NCBI GenBank assembly: GCA_002722245.1
Contig: PBLA01000003.1
Coordinates: 23,190 to 87,189 of the forward strand
Origin: Flavobacteriales bacterium
GTDB taxonomy: Bacteria > Bacteroidota > Bacteroidia > Flavobacteriales_C > GCA-002722245
DNA length: 64,000 nucleotides
Direction of reading: 5' to 3'
The stretch's first letter is position 1; every line of letters starts with the position of its first letter. The translations under genes and the position numbers were made by a program. Below, one piece after another: positions 1 to 10,277 of the stretch. Below the pieces are notes generated by a model, which was not told where the DNA came from, ran no database searches, and saw only the letters and a list, made by a program, of their open reading frames with translations.

Positions 1-144
1 GTGGTTCATTTATTACTGAAATTAAATAAAGAAGCTGGAACTACACTTGTGATTGTAACTCATGATCTAGATTTAGCAAAAAAAACCCAACGAATGGTAG
101 TGCTTAAAGGAGGAAAAGTTTTTGAGGAAGTGAAAAATGGATAA
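1..144 (+). CDS. ABC transporter ATP-binding protein (YbbA/LolD-like), 3' end only
   Basis: Frame 1 reads VVHLLLKLNKEAGTTLVIVTHDLDLAKKTQRMVVLKGGKVFEEVKNG*, containing the H-loop VTHD; overlaps the start of the permease. Confidence 0.85.
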   Translation: MVHLLLKLNKEAGTTLVIVTHDLDLAKKTQRMVVLKGGKVFEEVKNG

Positions 145-2674
145 TAAACTAAAACAAAATATTCAACTCGTCTGGTTATTTAAAATGGCATGGCGCGACT
201 GGAGGGCTAGCCGTAAAAAGCTTTATCTTATAATTGCATCGATTGTTTTAGGAATTTCCGCGGTTGTTGCCATCCAGTCCTTTGGAACGAACTTGGTCCA
301 GAAAATAAAGGAGGATTCTAAAAGTTTAATGGGGGCCGATTATATTGTTAGCGCTCGACAACGCCCTACGCCAAAAGTTATTCAAATCGTTGATTCTTTA
401 GGGTATAAAGCACGTGAAATTAATTTTGCATCTATGGCTTTTTTCCCGGCAAATGGAGGAAGTAAGCTTATGAAAATAAGTGCTTACGATGGTATATTCC
501 CTATTTACGGAGAAGTTGAAACAGAGCCCTCAAATGCCTTCAAGAATTATGGCAAAAAAAATGGGGCACTCGTGGATGCTACAGCCATGTTACAATTTAA
601 TTTAGCACTTGGTGACTCCATCAAGATCGGGGAAATTATCCTTCCCATCACTGGGATTTTAAAATCTATACCAGGAAAATCTGCCATTTCAACATCAATC
701 ATACCGCCTGTTTTTATTCCGTTTGAATATATTGCACAAACTGGATTAATTCAGAAGGGAAGCAGGATTGAATATAAATATTATTTCCAAGATGTTGCTT
801 CCAACCTAAAAAAATTAGAAGAAAACTTACTTCCTATTTTAGATTTAGAAAGTGCTGATATAGATACACACATATCTGCTGGACAACAATTGGGTCAGGG
901 ATACAGTAGCTTTGGAAAATTCCTTAAACTCGTTGCATTTACTGCTCTTCTTTTAGGATGCCTAGGTATAGCAAGCGCTACGAACATTTACATCAAGGAA
1001 AAGAAAAAAGCAATTGCTGTTTTAAAATGTGTTGGCTTAACAAGAAAACAAACCTTTTTGATTTATTTGTTTCAAATTATTCTAATAGGATTAATAGGCA
1101 GTATACTTGGTACAGGACTTGGGGTTGCTTTGCAACAGCTATTCCCTATATTACTTCAAGATTTCCTTCCCGTTAATGTCCAATTCTCCATCAATTATAA
1201 TGTAATTGGATTAGGTTTGCTATTGGGTGTAATGATGTCCATTGTGTTCTCCTTATACCCTTTAATAAGTACTTGGTTTGTTACACCTAATGAAGTTTTA
1301 AGAGCACAAGTAAAAACAAATTATAAAATCCGAGTGTTGGCTTTTATAGTAGGGCCAGTAATAGCTATTACTGTTTTTTTATTTTCATTTTTGCTTTTAG
1401 GACAATTGCTCTATTCCATCATTTTCTTAGCTGGAATTTTAGTTGTTTTTGGTTTAATTCGATTAATGGCGGGCCTGTTTATAAAACTTGTCCAAAATTT
1501 ATTTCCAAAAAAATGGAGTTTTCCTGCTCGACAAGGTCTTTCCAATTTGTTCCGACCAGGAAACCAAACCATCACTTTAATTCTTTGTATTGGTGTGGGG
1601 GTATTTTTAATGAATACATTGTATTTAGCGAAAGATGCATTAATAGGAAGTACTTCTTTTCAAAAAGATTCCGACACGCCGAATATTTTATTACTGGATA
1701 TTCAAAAAAACGAACTTGTCCCTGTTTCCAATACTGTTAAATCCTTTAATCAACCGGTTATTGATAAAATTCCTGTTATTGCCATGAAGGTACATAGTAT
1801 AAATGGAATAAGGGCTACTACTCTAAAAGCAGATTCTACCAATGGAATTAAAAATTGGATATTGGATGGGCAGTTCCGTTCCAGTTACAGAGACTCCTTA
1901 ATTGACTCCGAAAATCTTATTGATGGCATATGGATTGGAGAGGTTGAAAACCCAGAAATAATTCCTATTTCTATTGACATCGGATTTAAAAAAGATGCGA
2001 ATCTTGAATTGGGAGATCGTATCGTTTTTAACATTCAAGGCGTTTTTATGGAAACAATAATAGCGAGTATACGAAGAATAGAATGGTCACAAATGAAAAT
2101 GAACTTTTCTGTTCTTTTCCCGAAAGGCGCACTTGAAAATGCTCCTCAATCTAGTGTAATCACTACACAAGCTCCTACGGATTCTATTGCTGCTAAAATG
2201 CAACAAACTTTGGTAGTAAAACATCCAAGCGTAACTGTAATTGACGTGCGATCAGTAATGGGGTTAGTCGCTGGTATTCTGGATAAAATTGCTTGGGTAA
2301 TAAATTTCCTGGCCTTATTTAGTATTCTTACAGGGTTTATCGTTTTAATTGGTGCGGTTCGCACAAGTAAATTTCAACGATTACAAGAGAACGCCATGCT
2401 TAGGACAATAGGTGCACTTAGTAAACAGATTTTTAGAATGACCGCGGTAGAGTATTTAATTTTAGGAATATTGGGCTCCATTTCCGGGGTAGCGCTTTCT
2501 ATTCTTGGGGCATTTCTATTATCTACTTTTTCTTTTAAAATTCCTTTTACAATTTCATGGGAACCCGTAATTACTGTGCCTTTAGTGGTTACAATTGCTG
2601 TTACTTTAATTGGGGTTTTAAATAACCGAGAAATCATAAAAACTTCCCCGAAAGAAATTTTAAGAACAAGTTAA
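137..2674 (+). CDS. ybbP: ABC transporter permease, YbbP/FtsX-MacB family
   Basis: 845 aa; MAWRDWRASR start, LMGAD motif, two FtsX-like TM halves (IAVLKCVG, AMLRTIGA); follows an ABC ATPase. Confidence 0.85.
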   Translation: MDNKLKQNIQLVWLFKMAWRDWRASRKKLYLIIASIVLGISAVVAIQSFGTNLVQKIKEDSKSLMGADYIVSARQRPTPKVIQIVDSLGYKAREINFASMAFFPANGGSKLMKISAYDGIFPIYGEVETEPSNAFKNYGKKNGALVDATAMLQFNLALGDSIKIGEIILPITGILKSIPGKSAISTSIIPPVFIPFEYIAQTGLIQKGSRIEYKYYFQDVASNLKKLEENLLPILDLESADIDTHISAGQQLGQGYSSFGKFLKLVAFTALLLGCLGIASATNIYIKEKKKAIAVLKCVGLTRKQTFLIYLFQIILIGLIGSILGTGLGVALQQLFPILLQDFLPVNVQFSINYNVIGLGLLLGVMMSIVFSLYPLISTWFVTPNEVLRAQVKTNYKIRVLAFIVGPVIAITVFLFSFLLLGQLLYSIIFLAGILVVFGLIRLMAGLFIKLVQNLFPKKWSFPARQGLSNLFRPGNQTITLILCIGVGVFLMNTLYLAKDALIGSTSFQKDSDTPNILLLDIQKNELVPVSNTVKSFNQPVIDKIPVIAMKVHSINGIRATTLKADSTNGIKNWILDGQFRSSYRDSLIDSENLIDGIWIGEVENPEIIPISIDIGFKKDANLELGDRIVFNIQGVFMETIIASIRRIEWSQMKMNFSVLFPKGALENAPQSSVITTQAPTDSIAAKMQQTLVVKHPSVTVIDVRSVMGLVAGILDKIAWVINFLALFSILTGFIVLIGAVRTSKFQRLQENAMLRTIGALSKQIFRMTAVEYLILGILGSISGVALSILGAFLLSTFSFKIPFTISWEPVITVPLVVTIAVTLIGVLNNREIIKTSPKEILRTS

Positions 2675-4779
2675 TCATAAAATAAATTCCTCTCCTTATT
2701 GATGAATTCCATTAATGAATCAGATGAACAGATGCTTTCCGGAAGTCTTTTTGCTACAACAGAGGGAATATTTTTATCATACATTCGAATAACATCTTCA
2801 TTATTAATGTAAAACAACCCTTCTGTAGAGAACACAAATATAACCTCCATAGAAGGCTTTGGCAAAATAACCCTACCACTTGGATAAGAAAGTGCTGAAT
2901 TAAAATTTAATGAAACTACACTTATTTTTTTTATTTCTTTTATGGACCTCTTATTTATATTTTTAAACACTGTTGAAATTGGTTTAAACGCTTCATCATT
3001 TATTAATCGAATGCCATCTAAGTTTGAACGTCCGAATCTAACACTCCTTAATGATACCGTACTTTTTGCTGTTAAACCATTTGATTTAATATTAATTTGA
3101 TATAAACTATCACTCGGTGTATCACCCATTATTGCTTCTATAATTTGTTCTTTATTTTCCCGACTACTTGTTCCGTTTCTTTTCTTTACGATATTATTTA
3201 AGGAATCTGTGTTGTATAATGGAGCATACAACATGGCTACTTTATTTGGAGGGGCTATATGTGTTTTGTGGTTACAGGTATTACAGTTTTTATCCAACAG
3301 TTTAAACAATAATTCTCTAGCTTCATAACACATAATAGGGTTTTTATTGTAAACAGCAACCTCATCAATATGTACTTTAGCCTGAACTTTTTTTCGTCTA
3401 CCCTTATTTGGAATTTTTACCTCAAATTCCATAACACCATAAACATCTCTTTTCATATCGTAAGGATCGGGAAGACCTCTTTTCTTTGCTCTATTTTGGC
3501 GGTATTTTTTCCAAAGAAAATTAGCTACAAGAGCATAAGGATTCGAAGAGCTAGATGTTTGGCGATCAACTAAATCTTTTCTTCTGGCTATTTCAGTATT
3601 TAAAGCCTCTGACTTAACAGTTCCTTTCACCCAGAAGTCACATATTTTTTCAGTATCACATTTCAATCTTAATGGTTTTCTTTTACCACCTTTCTCTTGT
3701 TTTACTTTTGCTTTTCGTATCCATTTCCCCCCTCTGAATTCATAATAATCCATATCAATATTTGGGTCTGTTAAAACAAACTCAATTTCAACTGAATCTC
3801 TCATTTTAGGATTCATTTTTAGTGATTCATCTAAAGGAATAAACTCAAACATACCAGCACTTTCAAACTGGTATTCTTTTCCATTTTCATTATAAATCAT
3901 TGGTATTCCTGAAAATGCTATCTCAGCTTGATTCCGATATTCTCGATATAGCAGTTTTATTGGTTCTATACCTTCAAAATTCGCATCTCTTTTGAATAAG
4001 TTTCTAGGTAATTTAATTTTTGTCCCCGATCTTTTGTACTCATGAACCATCTCGTTTGAAGGATCATAACATATCGTGTCATATTCTGGAATAAAATCTT
4101 CCATTTTAACGTGTGATATTCCACTTGTTGTATCTAAATCTTTAATTAAATCTAATGAAGATATTTCTTCTGAATCTTCACTTAAAGTTTGAGATTCTTT
4201 TGGAGTTAAGGAATCAGAAAAATTAGAGACTGAGGTTAAAAAAACATCTCTTTTTTTACTAGATTGATCCTCAATTTCATCCTCATTATAAACTAAATTA
4301 TCCGAAATTATTGATTGCTCAATATTCAATGAATTTGAATCCTCAGGAACATTTATCATATTTAATGTTTGAGCTGCTTTTTCTTCATTAAGAACTTCAG
4401 ATTCCTTTTTTGATTCAAAAACTCCCATTTGGGATTTTGATTCTACTTGAAGAGACGTTTTTACTGATTCTTTAGTTGACCAAGTTATACCCCAAAAAAC
4501 TCCTCCCGCAACCAAAAGGACTAAAATACTATTCAACCAAATATTCTTCTGCCACCATTTTTTTCCATTCTTTTCAAAATGAGTTTCATGAAATACATTT
4601 AATTGATTTTTAAATGCTAATCGCTCACTTCTCTTTATTAACTGTCGCTGGAATTCAACTTCTTTTGCTAATTCTGGACTAGTTATTATTTCATCTTCAA
4701 AATTGGCGACCTCATCTTGAGGCAGATTACCTGTTAAATATTCCTCTATGTATTTAAACTTCTCTAACTCTGGCCTCAT
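2671..4779 (-). CDS. Putative anti-sigma factor-like membrane protein with large extracytoplasmic domain
   Basis: N-terminal IEEYLTGNL..E...FE..I...ELAKEV helical motif typical of Bacteroidota anti-sigma N-termini; one TM helix (~aa 80-100); acidic linker; YREY..SGIPM..FESAGMFE domain; 4-nt overlap with the sigma gene. Confidence 0.6.
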   Translation of the reverse strand: MRPELEKFKYIEEYLTGNLPQDEVANFEDEIITSPELAKEVEFQRQLIKRSERLAFKNQLNVFHETHFEKNGKKWWQKNIWLNSILVLLVAGGVFWGITWSTKESVKTSLQVESKSQMGVFESKKESEVLNEEKAAQTLNMINVPEDSNSLNIEQSIISDNLVYNEDEIEDQSSKKRDVFLTSVSNFSDSLTPKESQTLSEDSEEISSLDLIKDLDTTSGISHVKMEDFIPEYDTICYDPSNEMVHEYKRSGTKIKLPRNLFKRDANFEGIEPIKLLYREYRNQAEIAFSGIPMIYNENGKEYQFESAGMFEFIPLDESLKMNPKMRDSVEIEFVLTDPNIDMDYYEFRGGKWIRKAKVKQEKGGKRKPLRLKCDTEKICDFWVKGTVKSEALNTEIARRKDLVDRQTSSSSNPYALVANFLWKKYRQNRAKKRGLPDPYDMKRDVYGVMEFEVKIPNKGRRKKVQAKVHIDEVAVYNKNPIMCYEARELLFKLLDKNCNTCNHKTHIAPPNKVAMLYAPLYNTDSLNNIVKKRNGTSSRENKEQIIEAIMGDTPSDSLYQINIKSNGLTAKSTVSLRSVRFGRSNLDGIRLINDEAFKPISTVFKNINKRSIKEIKKISVVSLNFNSALSYPSGRVILPKPSMEVIFVFSTEGLFYINNEDVIRMYDKNIPSVVAKRLPESICSSDSLMEFINKERNLFYD

Positions 4780-5345
4780 GACTTATAATTTTTAGGTTCA
4801 ACATTTTTTTGAATGACTACTGCTAATTTTTTTGCCCTTTCAATACACTTGTATTTTTGGGTTTTAGCAGCATTTTCTGAACTAAAATTCAAGTCACGAG
4901 CAATTTCTCGCATAGACTTTTTTAAAAAATAGAAATGCTTAAATACAGCTTGGCATTTTTCGCTTAACTGAAGTATTATATTATCTAAATATCCGTATAA
5001 TTTTTCCTCCTCTTGATAGGCTTCTACTTCTTCCTCTGTGTCAATTATATTTTCAACTTTCGACCCAATCTTTTTGCCTCGATCTCTTAATCTTGATCGC
5101 CATAAATTTTTGGCAATTGCATGAACGTATGTATTGGCCTGACAAGTTAATTCAAAGGTTGGTTTCTTTGCCTGCTCATAAAAAATGACCATAGCTTCCT
5201 GAAAAACATCTTTAGCCTCATCTTCATCTCCTGAGTTCTTAATAATATAACTTTTCACCACGGGATAGTACAAATAAATCTCTTCTATGAATTCAGAAGA
5301 ATTTCCTTGTCGGATGGCAGTTAATAATGTGTTGTTATTCATCAC
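4776..5345 (-). CDS. ECF sigma-70 family RNA polymerase sigma factor
   Basis: 189 aa; region 2 (DEAKDVFQEA, YVHAIAKNLW) and region 4 (LSEKCQAVF..SMREIARDL..AAKTQKYKC). Confidence 0.92.
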   Translation of the reverse strand: MMNNNTLLTAIRQGNSSEFIEEIYLYYPVVKSYIIKNSGDEDEAKDVFQEAMVIFYEQAKKPTFELTCQANTYVHAIAKNLWRSRLRDRGKKIGSKVENIIDTEEEVEAYQEEEKLYGYLDNIILQLSEKCQAVFKHFYFLKKSMREIARDLNFSSENAAKTQKYKCIERAKKLAVVIQKNVEPKNYKS

Positions 5346-5536
5346 TTTACTTTCCCATTAATGCAGAGGATAGCAAAAGTAACCTCTTTTTTTATAAAAA
5401 AATAAATTACTCGATTTAATGTGCTGTATATCAGAAACATAAAAAGTTTGTTCTGCATAAATAGCCACTCTTAATTTCGATACATAATGCCGTAAAACTA
5501 ATTAGTTAACGATAAATAATTCATTATATTAAAGCA

Positions 5537-7345
5537 ATGAAAATAACCTTGGCTATACTCCTATTCTCGTTTATTACCAACCAGTCCTATTCCCAATGCT
5601 TTGGCGCAGGAGGTAATGGTGATTTTGAAGGAGAAGATGCTTTAAATCAATTTGTAGCGAATACTCAAGGAAATGGTTCTTTTGATGTTACTTCAGAAAC
5701 TAGTTATACGGGTAGTCAATCACTAAAGGTAGATGTTACTGTAGCGGGTAATTGGCAAGTAAGAATATTTAATGGTGGAGTATGTTATTTCGATTTGATT
5801 CCAAATGAAAACTATACCGTCTCTTTTTACATGAAAGGTGAAATAGGTAAGAATGTCAATGTTTCAATAATGGATAATACAACAGTTGATCAAGAGCAGG
5901 AGGTTGTCATTTCATCTTCAGATTGGAAACTATATACTGTTACCCTGAAAGCCAGTAAGACTTCCTCTTCTGGAAGAATAAAAGTTATTTTTAAAGACGC
6001 AGGTGTTTACTTTATAGATGATCTCCGATTAAATGCCTTTGATTGTAATGGAGACATAGGAGGAACTGCTTCACTGGACGGATGTGGAATTTGTTCAGGC
6101 GGTAATACAGGAGTTTCACCCATTAGCGATTGCTCTTTTCAAGCCATCGATCCCACAAATCAATTTATTGTGTATGAAGGAGTAGTTGAAAAGGAGATTT
6201 CTTCAGAAAAAGCTACTTTGTTCAGATTTACAAAAGACTATGCAACATCAGAAGTTTCAGGTTTTTACCAACAAAAAAGAGCCGCTGCATCTAGTGGAAT
6301 TAAAATTCGATTCAAAACGTCAAGTCCAAAAATAAAAGCCTATTTCCAAGAAAATTTAACGCATGGAGATGACGTTTTTTGGCACACATTTGATGTATTT
6401 AGAAATGGAACTTTTCTTTTTGACGATCAAGGATGGGAAATTGAAGGGGAAAATCCTACTCAAGAAGTTGTAGAATGGGCCATTACTTTACCCTCTTATT
6501 CTATGATTGAATTTCTAAAACTAGAAATCATCAATGGATTTGAACTAGAACCTATTAGTAAGGATAAACCTGTTTATATAGCTATTGGGAACTCCATCAC
6601 GCACGGAATGGGAATTGACTCTTTCTCTACACGAAAAACATATCCCCATGTGGTTGCAGATTCTTTAGGTTATGAATTGTATAATTGGGGAATTGGTGGG
6701 TCTAAGATCTATGAAGGTATTTTAAGCAATTTTATTCCTGAATTAGACCCGGATTTAATTACAATACTTTGGGGCTATAACGATGTTCACTATTCGGGAC
6801 ATGACTCTTATTTATCCTTAAATACTTTTCCAAAGTATGAAACGCTCATTGGCACCATGGCGCAAAACTTTCCTGAAGCTTGTATAATGGCTGTTTTGTC
6901 ACCATACACAACGAATCCTGTTCATACAGATGCACGTACAATTGACAGTTTAAAAAGTGGTCAATTAGAGGTAATTAGGAAACTACAGCAAACTTATTCA
7001 AATCTTAATTTTATGGACGGATTGGATTACACAGGTCAAGAGGATTTAAATGATGATGTTCATTTAAATTCTAACGGGAATAAGTCACTTGCCTATGGTA
7101 TTATTTCAGAATTACCCTGTTCAACACCTACCAATACATTTAAAAAACAAATAGAATTAAACCCCATAATTTTTTATCAATCGGATGTTTTGTCTTGGAA
7201 AAAAACATCCACATATAGTCTTATTGATTTCAGTGGTAAAATCGTTGCGTCTGGGGAAGGCAACCAAGTACATATAAATGGATTTGTTCATGGTATTTAC
7301 TTCTTAAAAATAGGGGAGAATTTCACAAAACTACTTTTGAATTAG
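5537..7345 (+). CDS. Secreted SGNH/GDSL hydrolase (putative carbohydrate esterase) with CBM4/9-like domain and degenerate T9SS type A CTD
   Basis: Signal peptide; NGDFE..G..SLKV CBM-like domain; Cys-rich linker; SGNH blocks GNSITHG, NWGIGG, GYND, DDVH; C-terminal IDFSGKIV..GIYFLKI. Confidence 0.8.
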   Translation: MKITLAILLFSFITNQSYSQCFGAGGNGDFEGEDALNQFVANTQGNGSFDVTSETSYTGSQSLKVDVTVAGNWQVRIFNGGVCYFDLIPNENYTVSFYMKGEIGKNVNVSIMDNTTVDQEQEVVISSSDWKLYTVTLKASKTSSSGRIKVIFKDAGVYFIDDLRLNAFDCNGDIGGTASLDGCGICSGGNTGVSPISDCSFQAIDPTNQFIVYEGVVEKEISSEKATLFRFTKDYATSEVSGFYQQKRAAASSGIKIRFKTSSPKIKAYFQENLTHGDDVFWHTFDVFRNGTFLFDDQGWEIEGENPTQEVVEWAITLPSYSMIEFLKLEIINGFELEPISKDKPVYIAIGNSITHGMGIDSFSTRKTYPHVVADSLGYELYNWGIGGSKIYEGILSNFIPELDPDLITILWGYNDVHYSGHDSYLSLNTFPKYETLIGTMAQNFPEACIMAVLSPYTTNPVHTDARTIDSLKSGQLEVIRKLQQTYSNLNFMDGLDYTGQEDLNDDVHLNSNGNKSLAYGIISELPCSTPTNTFKKQIELNPIIFYQSDVLSWKKTSTYSLIDFSGKIVASGEGNQVHINGFVHGIYFLKIGENFTKLLLN

Positions 7346-7374
7346 AACAACGTAAAATTCATCAAAAGAGGTGG

Positions 7375-10122
7375 TTATTTTACTACTAATTCCTTGACAG
7401 TCGTTTTGTTCATAACAACGGAGTAAATACCCGCCTTTAAATCTGAAATGTCGAGTTTGTTAATGTTACGTTCATTCACTATTCGTTGTCCAATATGATT
7501 ATATACTTGGAGTTGAGTAAGCGTTTGTGAAAAATGAATTGTTGTAATTGATGGATTAGGATAAAAACTTATCGTTTCATTAAGCTTTTCTTCTAATGAA
7601 ACAAGTGTGCTATTATGTTCAAAGTAGGCAGATGTTCCTGTTTCCGGACTTAATTCTTTTCCTTCACAAATCATATGACTTCCTTCTCCGATATACATCG
7701 TAATTAATGAATCCAAATCATCGGTGTTTTTGTACTTTCTAACAATCCCAAATCTTCCTGTAAATTGTATTGATTCACTTGGCATGTTAAAAGACGATGA
7801 TGCATTATCGTGTGAAATGATAAAATCAACAATTGATCTTCCATGAACATGTGAAGTGACTTTTGCTCCAACAATTTGATGATTTGTGTAGAGGTTTTCA
7901 ATGGATTGGATGGATGTCGCCACTTTTGATGGCTCAAATGCTAAAATAAACGGACGATTCCATGCTTCTCCATATTGGCGAATAATCATGACCTGAGCAG
8001 AATCATTTTGAGAAGGATCGCTTTGCTCAGCTTTATATTCGCTTTCTGTTTCCAAAATAGGAGGTGCAATACAACTGGTGTATTCTCGATGAATTCCTCC
8101 TGGTATCTGCACATGCATAGCCGCACCAATTTTATCTACATCAAACTTAGCCTTTATAGGTGAATCGGTAGAATCACTTGTGTTCAGTGCGCGAAAATAT
8201 TGCCATCCGGGGAAATCAATGTGTGCTGTATCGGTAGTTGTTCTGGCTTCCACTCTAGTGATATTTGATGAAAATCTGGTTTGATCAGAACTTAAAACGC
8301 CAGGGGTTATTTCTTCATTATTTGAAGTAAGCGTGACACGCTCACCGTAATTATGGTATAAATAATCATGGTAATTATTGCTGTCTTTTGATTGAGACCG
8401 AAAGATATCGAGATAATATCCTGTTTCAGGCCCTGTTCGAATAATGGTAAACGTTCGTTGTTGTAGTGCATTATTAATTTCATCATCTAATTCAACGGTA
8501 ACAAATGAAAAATTAGTTGAAACTGGAGCAAATGGTCCGTCAGAATTGGTTTGATCCATATTTACATCAGGCTCAATGGCTAAAATTTGTGCCGTATTTT
8601 GATACAATGCATTATCCCACTTCCAAGATTTTCCATCATGGACACCTTTGGAATTACCATTTACAATAACGGTATTCTTATTTGCATAAATTCGATGATA
8701 ATTCCGGTAAACTTCAGAGCTTCTGGTGGAGGAGGCCTTCGGATCTCCACTTCCTGCGCCCATTACCATGCCGCTTCCATAGAGCTCCATTTCAATTCCT
8801 GTGAGGTGAGAATGAACATAATGTGCACCACCTATATATCCCATGAGTCCAAATGTTTCAATATCCGGAGTTTCATAGTTTCGTAATACCCCAACTCCTG
8901 CATGTGGAAACTTAGCACTACGATGGTATTCAACCGTTTCGAAATTGTTTTCTAAATCAATATTGTCTCCAAAAAACAACATACATGGATTGTCCCATTC
9001 TAATCCTTCATTTTCAATAATTGGTTCAAATTTTTGCTCATTGTTATACACGCCTTGAATTCGCTCCATTGCTAAATTTTTATAAGTATTTAACCCATTA
9101 CTGTGTGCGATCTCAAATACACGTAAATAGAGGTTTTCAAAGTGGGTATGCTTTGTTCTCCTCGAATCTCCATATCGAACCATTGCCTCGTAATTCGGAT
9201 ACTTCAAATTTTCATACAAAAAAGCACCTTTTAATACTTTTCTACTGACATTAATCAAATTAAGAGAGGGATCATAGCGACTCGCAATATGAAGCATATG
9301 CAAGGTTACTTCATGGGTTTCTTTTCCATAACTAGTGGATTCTGGCCATAAAAAATCATGATCTTTAATGGTTTGTAACATGAGGTGTAAACCATCCTGA
9401 TTGGGTGTCCCGTTCATAAATTTATCAAAGTACTCATTTCGCACACTATCCTCTTCAATAACCAAGAGATTAAATAAGGCACCACTTGCCTCAAGCATAG
9501 GATGATTGGATCCTGTATTTCCTCTATTAAATACTTCATCAGCGAGTTTAATGAATGAGGCCTGTGCTTTGTCCTGATTGAATAGTTCCCTTTGTGCTGT
9601 TTTTAAATTGTATATGGTCGTTCCAGAATCAATTAAAAAGGGTTGAATAAAGTCGTATGTCATACCAACTTTTGGATATAAATCTCTACTTTCAATCCAA
9701 TGACCTGTTTTAGAAAAGTATAAATTCCCTGTTTCCAGTGAAATTTGCAAGGTGTAGTGAGATAGTATATCTGCTGCAAACTGGGCGTATTTATCCTCCT
9801 GATCTAAAAAATATAAGAACCCTGCCTGAACAGCATCAAACAATGCTTTACTGTGATCATTTCGCGTGTTTTCATCTTTTGATAAATCCGGAAGCGTAAG
9901 TAAATAAGTAGTAGGATCAACAATATGAGCATCCACCAATTCATCAATTGATTCATGAAGATCGTTGTATAACTTCGCACACCATTTTTGATTGGTATCT
10001 GCATTTATTTTATCCAAAACCGTTTGTCGTTCAGATGGAGAAGTCCAAATATGGGGGTGTGTTAATGATTGACCTTTACTTATCAAACTACACAATATCA
10101 CAAAATATAAAAGGAATTTCAT
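7375..10122 (-). CDS. Secreted heparinase II/III-like polysaccharide lyase with T9SS type A CTD
   Basis: Likely start MKFLLYF (signal peptide) at 10122, although the ORF track starts at 10170. HPHIW, WPESTSY, VRYGDS, HSH..GIEMELYG, NTVIVNG, YYLDIFRS and DYLYH fit a helical + beta-sandwich lyase layout; FYPNP..GIYSV CTD. Confidence 0.65.
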   Translation of the reverse strand: MKFLLYFVILCSLISKGQSLTHPHIWTSPSERQTVLDKINADTNQKWCAKLYNDLHESIDELVDAHIVDPTTYLLTLPDLSKDENTRNDHSKALFDAVQAGFLYFLDQEDKYAQFAADILSHYTLQISLETGNLYFSKTGHWIESRDLYPKVGMTYDFIQPFLIDSGTTIYNLKTAQRELFNQDKAQASFIKLADEVFNRGNTGSNHPMLEASGALFNLLVIEEDSVRNEYFDKFMNGTPNQDGLHLMLQTIKDHDFLWPESTSYGKETHEVTLHMLHIASRYDPSLNLINVSRKVLKGAFLYENLKYPNYEAMVRYGDSRRTKHTHFENLYLRVFEIAHSNGLNTYKNLAMERIQGVYNNEQKFEPIIENEGLEWDNPCMLFFGDNIDLENNFETVEYHRSAKFPHAGVGVLRNYETPDIETFGLMGYIGGAHYVHSHLTGIEMELYGSGMVMGAGSGDPKASSTRSSEVYRNYHRIYANKNTVIVNGNSKGVHDGKSWKWDNALYQNTAQILAIEPDVNMDQTNSDGPFAPVSTNFSFVTVELDDEINNALQQRTFTIIRTGPETGYYLDIFRSQSKDSNNYHDYLYHNYGERVTLTSNNEEITPGVLSSDQTRFSSNITRVEARTTTDTAHIDFPGWQYFRALNTSDSTDSPIKAKFDVDKIGAAMHVQIPGGIHREYTSCIAPPILETESEYKAEQSDPSQNDSAQVMIIRQYGEAWNRPFILAFEPSKVATSIQSIENLYTNHQIVGAKVTSHVHGRSIVDFIISHDNASSSFNMPSESIQFTGRFGIVRKYKNTDDLDSLITMYIGEGSHMICEGKELSPETGTSAYFEHNSTLVSLEEKLNETISFYPNPSITTIHFSQTLTQLQVYNHIGQRIVNERNINKLDISDLKAGIYSVVMNKTTVKELVVK

Positions 10123-10277
10123 GTTCTGAAAAAGGTTTTGGCTAATCCTGTTATCTCCAAAATCGTTCAAAAAACTATTTTGACAAGGGACCTTAATCCC
10201 TTTTAATAATCAGAATCAATATAATGTTTTTTCTACGCGATTGAGGAACTTTTGATTCAAAAGGATGTGGAAGAAAT

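Noticed and set aside
2671-2674. Convergent gene overlaps or abutments without terminators (also 16824/16834 and 43974/43976) as antisense regulation
   Set aside because: Common in compact genomes; no sequence evidence for regulatory function.
10249-10263. Perfect palindrome CTTTTGA-T-TCAAAAG between GH16 and the lyase
   Set aside because: Single AT-rich occurrence with no second copy found in the cluster; cannot be distinguished from chance.
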